The notes under the pieces: generated by a model
The model's database searches: none
Seen by the model: the letters and a program-made list of their open reading frames with translations, nothing else
Told to the model about the DNA's origin: nothing
Assembly (NCBI GenBank): GCA_043798795.1
Contig: JAZDOJ010000007.1
Location: 28,259-92,258 of the forward strand
Reading direction: 5' to 3'
DNA: 64,000 nt
Origin: Candidatus Omnitrophota bacterium
Lineage (GTDB): Bacteria > Omnitrophota > Gorgyraeia > Gygaellales > Profunditerraquicolaceae
Made by a program: the position numbers and the translations under genes
In this document: piece after piece, positions 33,271 to 41,537 of the stretch
How positions within the stretch are numbered: position 1 is the first letter of the stretch
How the letters are laid out: each line of letters begins with the position of its first letter

Positions 33271-33890
33271 AGAAAATATTTAAGGATTTAGGGTTAGATT
33301 TTATGTTCATGCGCCGCAAACCCATCGTTGAGTATGGTTTTCTGGAAAGCGGTTACGGTTTCTTCCTTTTTTATAATCACACCCAACTGGATTTAAGGAT
33401 GCTGATCCAGAAGTTTCCGGAGATCATCGAAGGCAGGCATCTGCTCGTCACCTCCATATCCTCGGGAAAGATCGAAAAGGAAACGTTTGATAACTACGTT
33501 GCCAAAGGAGTTTCTTGCGAATACGCGCAGGGCAATCTTATCGTCGCCCCGGAACATACAAAGGATTTCATCCATTTCCTGTTTTCTCGAGGGCCGGGTG
33601 GCAGCACCATCTATTTTCTTCATCACAGGCCTCATGCCGCGGATATGGAAAACAAAACAATTTACGGGATCCCGGCTTTGCCTGTCAGCATTAAAATATT
33701 CAAGGCGCAAAGAATCGACAAGCCCTTGCTGGATATATTGCTGAGAGAAATGGACAGCATGGGCGTCTCTTTTTATTATGATAATAATTGGATGGAGGCT
33801 ATCTGTGCCATGAGGCGGAGCCACCTGTTTGAAGAAATAAAAGTCTATTTTCATTACAACTGTCACCTTAGAGAGATTCATTTCACTTAA
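33267..33890 (+). CDS. Hypothetical protein inside the Wood-Ljungdahl cluster
   Basis: 207-aa ORF overlapping the folD stop (ATGA) and the metF start (TAATG); no motif recognised. Confidence 0.7.
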   Translation: MKKIFKDLGLDFMFMRRKPIVEYGFLESGYGFFLFYNHTQLDLRMLIQKFPEIIEGRHLLVTSISSGKIEKETFDNYVAKGVSCEYAQGNLIVAPEHTKDFIHFLFSRGPGGSTIYFLHHRPHAADMENKTIYGIPALPVSIKIFKAQRIDKPLLDILLREMDSMGVSFYYDNNWMEAICAMRRSHLFEEIKVYFHYNCHLREIHFT

Positions 33891-34759
33891 TGACGTTCAG
33901 GGAAAAAATCCTAGCGGGTCAATTTTTACTTACTTCCGAAATCGGGCCACCGAAGGGGATTGATACAGGCCGGATTCTGGAAGACGCTGAACTCATCCGT
34001 TCAAGGGTCGATGCGATCAATGTCACGGACCTTCAGAGTTCTGTGATGCGGCTGGGGTCCCTTGCGGTTTGCAGTCTTTTAAAGCAAAAAGGCTTTGAGC
34101 CGATATTTCAGGTGACCTGCCGCGACAGGAACCGTTTAGCCCTCCAGTCCGATATTCTTTCCGCAGCGAGTCTAGGGATAGAGAACCTTCTGATTTTAAC
34201 CGGAGACCACCCGGCCTTAGGGGACCATCCGGAGGCAAAACCCGTATTTGATCTGGATTCCGTTCAACTTTTGCAGGTGGTGCAGAGGTTGCAGGAGGGT
34301 TTTGATATGAAAGGAAACCCGTTAGAGGGTCCATCCCCGAAATTCTTGGCAGGGGCCGTGGTCAATCCCGGAGCAGATCCTTTAGAGCCTCAGATTATCA
34401 AGATGGAGCAAAAAATTCAGGCCGGTGCCCAGTTTTTCCAAACCCAGGCCATTTATGACGTGAAGATTTTTGAGAATTTCTTAAGCAAGGTCAAGCATTT
34501 AAAGGTCCCGATATTAGGGGGGATCGTTTTATTGAAATCTGCGGGGATGGCTAGATACATGAACAAGAATGTGGCAGGGGTGTCTGTCCCTGAGCATTTG
34601 ATCAAGGAAATGGAAGAGACGAAAGATAAGTCAGGACAGTCTGTCGCGATTGCGGCCCGCCTCATCAAAGAACTTAAACCCATGTGTCAGGGGGTTCACA
34701 TCATGCCCATTGGCTGGGATAAGAAAGTTCCGCTCGTGCTGGATGCCGCAGGATTATAA
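33890..34759 (+). CDS. metF: Methylene-THF reductase (MetVF-type catalytic subunit)
   Basis: SEIGPPKG, NVTD, TCRDRNR.ALQ, LTGD, FFQTQ, GVHIM. Confidence 0.93.
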   Translation: MTFREKILAGQFLLTSEIGPPKGIDTGRILEDAELIRSRVDAINVTDLQSSVMRLGSLAVCSLLKQKGFEPIFQVTCRDRNRLALQSDILSAASLGIENLLILTGDHPALGDHPEAKPVFDLDSVQLLQVVQRLQEGFDMKGNPLEGPSPKFLAGAVVNPGADPLEPQIIKMEQKIQAGAQFFQTQAIYDVKIFENFLSKVKHLKVPILGGIVLLKSAGMARYMNKNVAGVSVPEHLIKEMEETKDKSGQSVAIAARLIKELKPMCQGVHIMPIGWDKKVPLVLDAAGL

Positions 34760-34775
34760 ATAGAAGGGGAGCCTT

Positions 34776-36683
34776 ATGTCAAATATCGAGCAGAAATCAA
34801 TAGATTTAGCGACTCTGGAAGTTTTAAAAAAAGCCCAGGAGGAAAGCATCAAGACGACGTGGGATCGTCTGGAAGCGCAGCAGCCGCAGTGCGGATTCGG
34901 ACAGCTGGGCGTTTGCTGCACGGTCTGTAGCATGGGGCCTTGCCGCATTGACCCTTTTGGCGAGGGGGCTCAGGTCGGCGTGTGCGGGGCCAATGCCGAT
35001 ACCATTGCCGCAAGAAACCTGGCGCGTAAGATCGCTGTCGGTGCTTCAGCGCATTCAGACCACGGCCGGGATGTGGCGCATACCCTTTCTTTGTTATCTG
35101 AGGGGCACGCGCATGATTACGATATAACCGATATCACAAAATTCAAGAGTTTGGCCGAGGAGTTCCAAATTGACGTCAATAAACCTAAAGAGGAAATTCT
35201 CAAAGAGCTTTCCCAAAAATTGCTGCAGGAATTCGGAAAGCAGGAAGGAGAGTTGACCTTTATAAAACGGGCTCCCAAGAAGCGCCAGCAGATCTGGAAG
35301 AAATTGGGCATCACGCCTCGTGGCATTGACAGAGAAATCGTCGAGTTATTGCATACGACACATATGGGCGTGGATAACGATTATAAGAATCTTATGCTCA
35401 CAGGGATGCGTTGCGCTTTATCCGACGGTTGGGGAGGTTCCATGGTTGCCACGGACGTTCAGGATGTCATCTTAGGCAGTCCGCAACCCATAAGAGGCAA
35501 GGTCAATCTGGGCGTATTAAAAGAAGACTATGTCAATATCGTGGTGCATGGTCACGAACCGATTTTATCTGAGATGGCTGTTAAAGTCAGCCAGGATCCG
35601 GAATTGTTAAAGTTAGCCAAAGGCCTGGGTGCCGAAGGGATCAATTTGGCAGGTATCTGTTGCACGGCGAATGAGGTGCTGATGCGTCATGGCATTTCTG
35701 TGGTCGGTAACTTCTTGCAGCAGGAATTAGCGATTATTACGGGTGCGGTTGAACTGATGATGGTGGATGTGCAGTGTATCATGCCGGCCTTGCAGGAAAC
35801 GTCAGCCTGTTTTCACACGAAACTGGTCACCACGAGTCCCAAGGCGCGTTTTCCCGGAGTCACCCACATCGAATTTGAATCAAAAAGCGCTTATGAGGTG
35901 GCCAAACAGATTATCAAGATGGGTGTCGAGAATTTTGCCAACCGCAATAAAGCAAGAGTGAATATCCCAAAACAGGAGATGGATCTGGTGGCGGGTTTCA
36001 CCAAGGAGATCATCTTCCAGATTTTAGGGGGAAGGTACAGGGCAACCTACAAGCCGTTAAATGAAGCGATTATTTCCGGCAGGCTGCGCGGTTTAGCAGG
36101 GGTGGTGGGGTGCAATAATCCCAAACAGACGCACGATTATTTTCATACGGAGCTGGTAAAAGAACTGATTAAGAATGATGTCCTGGTTTTACAGACAGGC
36201 TGTGCTGCGATTGCCTGCGCAAAACAAGGTTTACTCATCCCGGAAGCAGCCAAAGAATACGCCGGGAAAGGCTTACAGGAAATATGCGAAGCCGTAGGAA
36301 TCCCGCCTGTGCTGCACCTTGGCTCTTGCGTGGATAATTCCCGGATTTTAACCGCAGCCTCATACATTATTCAGGAAGGCGGCCTGGGAGAAGATTTATC
36401 AGATATCCCTGCAGCAGGATGCGCTCCGGAATGGATGTCCGAGAAGGCCATCACCATCGGTTTCTATTTCATGGCCTCAGGAGTTTACACGATCTTTGGA
36501 GCCAGTCCCTTTGCTACTCTGGGCAGCAAAAATTTAACGGATTATCTGACCAAAGAGATAGAAGGGGTGGTGGGCGCAAGATTCGAATTCTGCGATGACC
36601 CTCTGGAGATGGCCAAGCTTATGATCGCGCATATTGACAAAAAACGCCAAGCGTTGAAATTGAAACCTGTGATGTACGCGTAA
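34776..36683 (+). CDS. cooS: Anaerobic Ni-Fe carbon monoxide dehydrogenase catalytic subunit
   Basis: QCGFG..GVCC..C.MGPC (D/B clusters); C-cluster ligands HGHEP, GICCT, DVQC, GCNNP, TGCA, GSCVD; SEKA. Confidence 0.97.
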   Translation: MSNIEQKSIDLATLEVLKKAQEESIKTTWDRLEAQQPQCGFGQLGVCCTVCSMGPCRIDPFGEGAQVGVCGANADTIAARNLARKIAVGASAHSDHGRDVAHTLSLLSEGHAHDYDITDITKFKSLAEEFQIDVNKPKEEILKELSQKLLQEFGKQEGELTFIKRAPKKRQQIWKKLGITPRGIDREIVELLHTTHMGVDNDYKNLMLTGMRCALSDGWGGSMVATDVQDVILGSPQPIRGKVNLGVLKEDYVNIVVHGHEPILSEMAVKVSQDPELLKLAKGLGAEGINLAGICCTANEVLMRHGISVVGNFLQQELAIITGAVELMMVDVQCIMPALQETSACFHTKLVTTSPKARFPGVTHIEFESKSAYEVAKQIIKMGVENFANRNKARVNIPKQEMDLVAGFTKEIIFQILGGRYRATYKPLNEAIISGRLRGLAGVVGCNNPKQTHDYFHTELVKELIKNDVLVLQTGCAAIACAKQGLLIPEAAKEYAGKGLQEICEAVGIPPVLHLGSCVDNSRILTAASYIIQEGGLGEDLSDIPAAGCAPEWMSEKAITIGFYFMASGVYTIFGASPFATLGSKNLTDYLTKEIEGVVGARFEFCDDPLEMAKLMIAHIDKKRQALKLKPVMYA

Positions 36684-36690
36684 GGGGCCC

Positions 36691-37146
36691 ATGAAAAATC
36701 TCTATTACGATGTCAAGAAATGCTTAGGATGCAAATCCTGCGAGATAGCCTGTAGCCTCGCTCATTCCGTGATACAGGACCTGTTCAAGGCCGTCAAGGA
36801 AAGCAAATTGACTTTACCCAGAAAGAAAGTCGCAACGTCCAAGGGTAAGAATTATCCTGTGAGCTGCCGTCATTGCCAGGAGCCTAAGTGCGTGGATGCC
36901 TGTATGGCCTGCGCTTTAAGTTTTGATCAGGAGAAGGGCCTTGTCTTACACGACGAGGAGCGTTGCGTGGGTTGCTGGATGTGCGTGATGGTCTGTCCCT
37001 ATGGCGCCATTCGGCCGAGCCTTAAGGATAAAATTCCTATACGCTGCGATAAATGCAAGGATAAGGACGAACCGGCTTGCGTCAAGGCCTGCCCGACGGG
37101 CGCCATCATCTGGCAGGAGGCCCAAGTTTTCAAAGGAGTCAAATGA
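36691..37146 (+). CDS. cooF: CooF-like 4Fe-4S ferredoxin
   Basis: CLGCKSCEIAC, CRHC..P.C..AC, CVGCWMC.MVCP, CDKC....PAC..ACP. Confidence 0.9.
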   Translation: MKNLYYDVKKCLGCKSCEIACSLAHSVIQDLFKAVKESKLTLPRKKVATSKGKNYPVSCRHCQEPKCVDACMACALSFDQEKGLVLHDEERCVGCWMCVMVCPYGAIRPSLKDKIPIRCDKCKDKDEPACVKACPTGAIIWQEAQVFKGVK

Positions 37147-38408
37147 AGCATTTTATTATTATCGGTAATTCTGCGGCGGGGATCGCGGCGGCGGAGCAGA
37201 TCCGCAAAATCGACGCGCAATCTCAGCTGACCATGATCTCCGATGAGGAATATCCTTCTTACTGCCGCTGTCTGATTTCGTATTATTTGGCCGCAGAGGT
37301 TAAAGAAGAGAAGATGTTCTATCGGGGGAAGAGTTTTTATAAGGAAAACAATATCGAACTCCTCCTGGGGAAGAAAGTGGCGAGGGTGGATGCGAAGAAG
37401 AATCGCGTTATCCTCGAAGATAAGACGGCCTTGGGCTTTGACGCCCTTCTCATCGCAACAGGCTCAAGCCCTAAATTTCCGCAGACCGCCGGGATCAAAA
37501 AGACAGGCGTATTCGGTTTCCGGACCCTTAAGAACGCCAAAGATATTGAAGGCCTGCTTCCGGTCACTAAGTCCGCCTGCGTGTTGGGGGGAGGCCTTGT
37601 GGGGCTTAAAGCCGCGTATGCGCTCAAAAAAAGAAACGTGGATGTGAAGGTCATCGTGAAGTCCAAGCAGGTCTTATCGCAGATGCTTGATTTTGAAGCA
37701 GCTTCTTTCGTCCTGAAGAGATTAGAAGAGAACGGGATTGAGGTTCTTTTGGGACAGGACGCCGAGGAGATTATCGGTAACGGAGACATCAAAGCCGTCA
37801 AGCTCGATTCAGGAAAAGCCCTGGGTTGTTCTCTGATAGTCGTCGGCAAGGGGGTGGCCCCGAATATCGACTTAGTCAAGGAGAGCGATATAAAATTTAA
37901 CGAAGGGATCCTCTCGGATGAGTTTTTGAGGAGCAATATCCCCTCTGTTTATGCGGCAGGAGACGTTTGCGAAAGCTTTGACCTGACGCTGGGCGAGCAC
38001 ACCGTTAATGCCCTCTGGCCGATAGCCGTTGAACAGGGCAGGATCGCCGGGCAGAATATGGCTGGAGAGAAAATAAAATATGACGGGTCCCTGGGTATCA
38101 ATTCTATCGAATTCTTTGGTTTGCCGGTTATCTCTTTAGGCATATACAAAAAGAAGGAAGGAGAGGCTGGCTTCGAGGAGATGAAGACAGCAGATGAAAA
38201 GAACAATCTTTATAAAAGAGTGCTCTTAAAAAATAACATCATCGTGGGCACCCTCCTGGTGGGTGATATAAAAAATAGCGGTATTTTCTTAAGACTGATG
38301 AGAGAACGTCTCGATGTCAGGCCCGTTAAAGAGAGATTGCTCAGTGAAGGCTTTGGATATCCGGATATCATTGACTTAGTGAAAGAGAAGGAGAAGATTT
38401 ATGTCTAA
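37143..38408 (+). CDS. FAD/NAD(P)-dependent oxidoreductase (FNOR, NirB/rubredoxin-reductase-like)
   Basis: IIGNSAAG, LIATGS, LGGGLVG, YAAGDV; ATG at 37143 overlaps the cooF stop. Confidence 0.9.
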   Translation: MKHFIIIGNSAAGIAAAEQIRKIDAQSQLTMISDEEYPSYCRCLISYYLAAEVKEEKMFYRGKSFYKENNIELLLGKKVARVDAKKNRVILEDKTALGFDALLIATGSSPKFPQTAGIKKTGVFGFRTLKNAKDIEGLLPVTKSACVLGGGLVGLKAAYALKKRNVDVKVIVKSKQVLSQMLDFEAASFVLKRLEENGIEVLLGQDAEEIIGNGDIKAVKLDSGKALGCSLIVVGKGVAPNIDLVKESDIKFNEGILSDEFLRSNIPSVYAAGDVCESFDLTLGEHTVNALWPIAVEQGRIAGQNMAGEKIKYDGSLGINSIEFFGLPVISLGIYKKKEGEAGFEEMKTADEKNNLYKRVLLKNNIIVGTLLVGDIKNSGIFLRLMRERLDVRPVKERLLSEGFGYPDIIDLVKEKEKIYV

Positions 38409-40581
38409 GGAAGTTGCTGCTTCGGTTATCAGAGGTGCTAAAGATATTTTTCAGCAGGCTTCCCAATTTTTGGATAAGGCCATTAAAGAGAAGGGGGCTG
38501 AGTGCAAGATCGGGTTTCCGGAAACAGCCTTTTATCTGCCGATGGCCAATGCCTTATTAGGCGCTAAGGTTGAAACCATTAAAGACGTTTCTCCTATATT
38601 AGAACATGCCCGCACGCTGCTCCCTGCGGTGCCTACGGATAAGGTCTGGCTTCCTTATTTAGGGGACGCTTTGAATGCCGGAATGTCCACGTTATTCTGC
38701 GAAGAAATCATTCTGGCCCTGCGTTACCTTTACGGACAAGAGCCCCAGAAAGACTGTAACGGTTTCTTTACCGATACGATCATGCGTTCTCTGGGTATCC
38801 AGTTAGTCGATGGACGCATGCCTGGATTTGCCGCCATCCTCGGGGCAGCCCCTGATAACAAAATCGCGGTTGAAATCGTGCGGCAGCTGCAGGAAAGAAA
38901 TATCCTTATTTTTGTCGGCTCCTCGGTTAAAGGCAGGTCCATCATCGATCAACTGATCGAAGAGAATGTGCAGATGGGCTGGGACAACTATATTGTCCCT
39001 TACGGCCGAGATACGATATCGGCGAATTTCCCTTTGAACTGGGCGATCCGTTCAGCCCTGACCTTCGGCGGGCTCAAGCCTGGTCAGGCCGAGAAGTGCC
39101 TCATGTACACCAAGGAAAGGGTTTTTGCCTTTGGTCTGGTTTTAGGGGAACTCGATGACGCTAAGTATGCGACCGGTGCCGGCGCTATCAATATGGGATT
39201 TCCTATCATTGCGGACACCGATATCCCGGAAATAAAGCCTTCCGGCATCACCACCTATGAGGCCCTGGTCAAAGAATTAGACTATAAGAAAATCGTCGCG
39301 CGCTGTATCGAGGTCAGGGGTGTCAAGGTCAGGATCGCCCATATCCCCATCCCTGTTTCTTATGCGGCCGCTTTTGAGGGGGAACGGGTGAGGAAGGAAA
39401 ATTTGTATGTGGAGTTCGGAAGCAAGGCAAGCCTTTCCTTCGAATATTTGACGACAAAAAAGACGGAAGAGGTGGAGGACGCAAAAGTCGAGCTCATCGG
39501 CCCTGACATCGACGCGCTTGAGCCGGGCAAGAAATCTTTGCCCCTGGCTATCATCGTCGAGGTTGCCGGACGGAAGATGCAGAAGGATTTTGAGCCGATC
39601 CTGGAACGCCAGATCCACCGTTTTGTTAATTATGCCATGGGCCTGATGCACGTGGGTCAGCGCGATATGAACTGGATCAGGATCAGCCAGGATGCCTTTC
39701 AGAAAGGGTTTCGGTTGAAGCATCTGGGCGTGATTCTTCACGCCATGCTTCATCAGGAATATAGCGCTATCGTCGATAAAATACAGGTGAAGATCTATAC
39801 CCTGCTTCAAGACGTGGAAAAACTTATTGAGCAGGCCAAGAAAACTTACGACGAGCGCGACGAAAGGATCAGCGGCATGACGGATGAGAGCGTGGATACG
39901 TTTTATTCATGTTTATTATGTCAATCCTTTGCGCCGAATCATGTTTGCATAGTTACGCCCGAACGCTTAGGGTTATGCGGGGCTTATTCCTGGTTGGATG
40001 CCAAGGCCTCTTTCGAGATCACACCGACTGGACCCAACCAACCCGTCCTCAAAGGCGCCGTGACGGACGAAAGATTGGGCCAATGGAAGAACGTGAACGA
40101 CTTTTTGTTACAGAAATCCAACAAGAGTATTGAAAAGGTGAGTATGTATTCTCTGATGGATTCTCCTCAGTCTTCCTGCGGTTGTTTTGAATGCATTGTT
40201 GCCATCATCCCGGAAGCCAACGGTGTGATGGTGGTCCATCGGGACCATTCGGGGATGACTCCCTCGGGGATGACTTTTACGACCCTCGCGGGTTCCGTGG
40301 GAGGGGGTGTTCAGACACCCGGATTCTTAGGCGTGGGGAAATTGTACATACTCAGCAAAAAGTTTATCTCTGCGGAAGGGGGCCTCAAGCGCCTTGTCTG
40401 GATGCCTAAGGAACTAAAGGAACTCCTAGGAGAAAAACTTAAAGCGCGCTGCCAAGAGATAGGAATTCCTGATTTTGTGGAGAAAATTGCTGATGAAACC
40501 CAGGCGACCAGCTCTCAGGAGTTAGTCCAGTTCTTAACCCAGGTCAAACATCCTGCTCTGGATTTGGAACCCATGATATGA
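38401..40581 (+). CDS. acsB: Acetyl-CoA synthase (bacterial full-length)
   Basis: FPETAFYLP, G.QLVDG..PG, AFEGERVR, SCLLCQSFAPNHVC, LCG, SCGCFEC A-cluster ligands. Confidence 0.97.
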   Translation: MSKEVAASVIRGAKDIFQQASQFLDKAIKEKGAECKIGFPETAFYLPMANALLGAKVETIKDVSPILEHARTLLPAVPTDKVWLPYLGDALNAGMSTLFCEEIILALRYLYGQEPQKDCNGFFTDTIMRSLGIQLVDGRMPGFAAILGAAPDNKIAVEIVRQLQERNILIFVGSSVKGRSIIDQLIEENVQMGWDNYIVPYGRDTISANFPLNWAIRSALTFGGLKPGQAEKCLMYTKERVFAFGLVLGELDDAKYATGAGAINMGFPIIADTDIPEIKPSGITTYEALVKELDYKKIVARCIEVRGVKVRIAHIPIPVSYAAAFEGERVRKENLYVEFGSKASLSFEYLTTKKTEEVEDAKVELIGPDIDALEPGKKSLPLAIIVEVAGRKMQKDFEPILERQIHRFVNYAMGLMHVGQRDMNWIRISQDAFQKGFRLKHLGVILHAMLHQEYSAIVDKIQVKIYTLLQDVEKLIEQAKKTYDERDERISGMTDESVDTFYSCLLCQSFAPNHVCIVTPERLGLCGAYSWLDAKASFEITPTGPNQPVLKGAVTDERLGQWKNVNDFLLQKSNKSIEKVSMYSLMDSPQSSCGCFECIVAIIPEANGVMVVHRDHSGMTPSGMTFTTLAGSVGGGVQTPGFLGVGKLYILSKKFISAEGGLKRLVWMPKELKELLGEKLKARCQEIGIPDFVEKIADETQATSSQELVQFLTQVKHPALDLEPMI

Positions 40582-40589
40582 TTATTTAC

Positions 40590-40617
40590 TTGACGGGCTA
40601 AGTTAAAAGTGTATAAT
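40590..40617 (+). promoter_or_regulatory. Sigma70-type promoter
   Basis: TTGACG, 16 bp, TATAAT just after the acsB stop. Confidence 0.65.
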
Positions 40618-40632
40618 AACTTCAAGAAGCCC

Positions 40633-41487
40633 ATGCTTATTAATTCCTGCCGAAATTTCATCATACCTATCACCCTAATGGGTTGTGTTGTTTTTAGTTC
40701 CATCGATTTCCTTTTCGCCCAGGGCATAGAGAACTTGCCGTTTGACAATAAAGGTTACGTTCAAACAGGCAAGGCGCCTGAGAAAAAAAAGGGGACCGTC
40801 CTTTTAAAAGAAGGCGATATTCTCGGCTCGCAAGATGAAAAGAAGTTGACGGCCTTGCAGAAACACGCCAGGATCTATCGCGATCAGGGCTGCGCCCTTC
40901 AGAGCATAGGCAACTTGGATGAGGCCATGGTCTTATATCAAAAAGCCGCGGAATTCGACCCGTCTTATGCCATTGTCCACAATGACTTGGGGATTGTCTA
41001 TGAGACCAAAGGGATGCTGGAGCGCGCTGAAAAGAGTTACTTGAGAGCCACCCAAACAGACCCCCGTTTTTTAAGTCCTTATTCAAACCTCGCTCTTCTT
41101 TATGAAAATAAGCGCGACCTGGATAAAGCAAAGATTTATTGGGAGAAAAGGGCGCAGATGGGTTTGGGGGATGATCCCTGGACGCAAAGGGCACGAAAGC
41201 GCCTGGAAGATATTCGCCTGGTACTCTCGGACCGCCCCCTGGAAGATATCAGGGAGAGAGAGGTGGCGGGTTTCATAAAAGATGTCGAGAATCAAAAACG
41301 CCATTTTAAAAAAGATGATAAAAAGGAAAAGGTAAACAGACTTTTTGAAAAAGCAAAAATGAGTTACAAGGCAGGTGAATACGCCACGGCCATTAAAGAA
41401 GCTTTAGACGCCCAGCTGCTGGACCCCTCGAATAAACAAATCGAGACGTTCATCGAAGAAGCCCAATTGAGAGCGCTGTTAAAATAG
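40633..41487 (+). CDS. Exported tetratricopeptide-repeat protein
   Basis: Hydrophobic signal-like N-terminus; TPR patterns (A..LYQKA...DP, HNDLG.VY...G....A..SY..A); start set downstream of the promoter. Confidence 0.8.
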   Translation: MLINSCRNFIIPITLMGCVVFSSIDFLFAQGIENLPFDNKGYVQTGKAPEKKKGTVLLKEGDILGSQDEKKLTALQKHARIYRDQGCALQSIGNLDEAMVLYQKAAEFDPSYAIVHNDLGIVYETKGMLERAEKSYLRATQTDPRFLSPYSNLALLYENKRDLDKAKIYWEKRAQMGLGDDPWTQRARKRLEDIRLVLSDRPLEDIREREVAGFIKDVENQKRHFKKDDKKEKVNRLFEKAKMSYKAGEYATAIKEALDAQLLDPSNKQIETFIEEAQLRALLK

Positions 41488-41537
41488 AGGGCCTCAAGAG
41501 TCCGATCCTACCACATTAAAATTCCTTATGTTCATTA

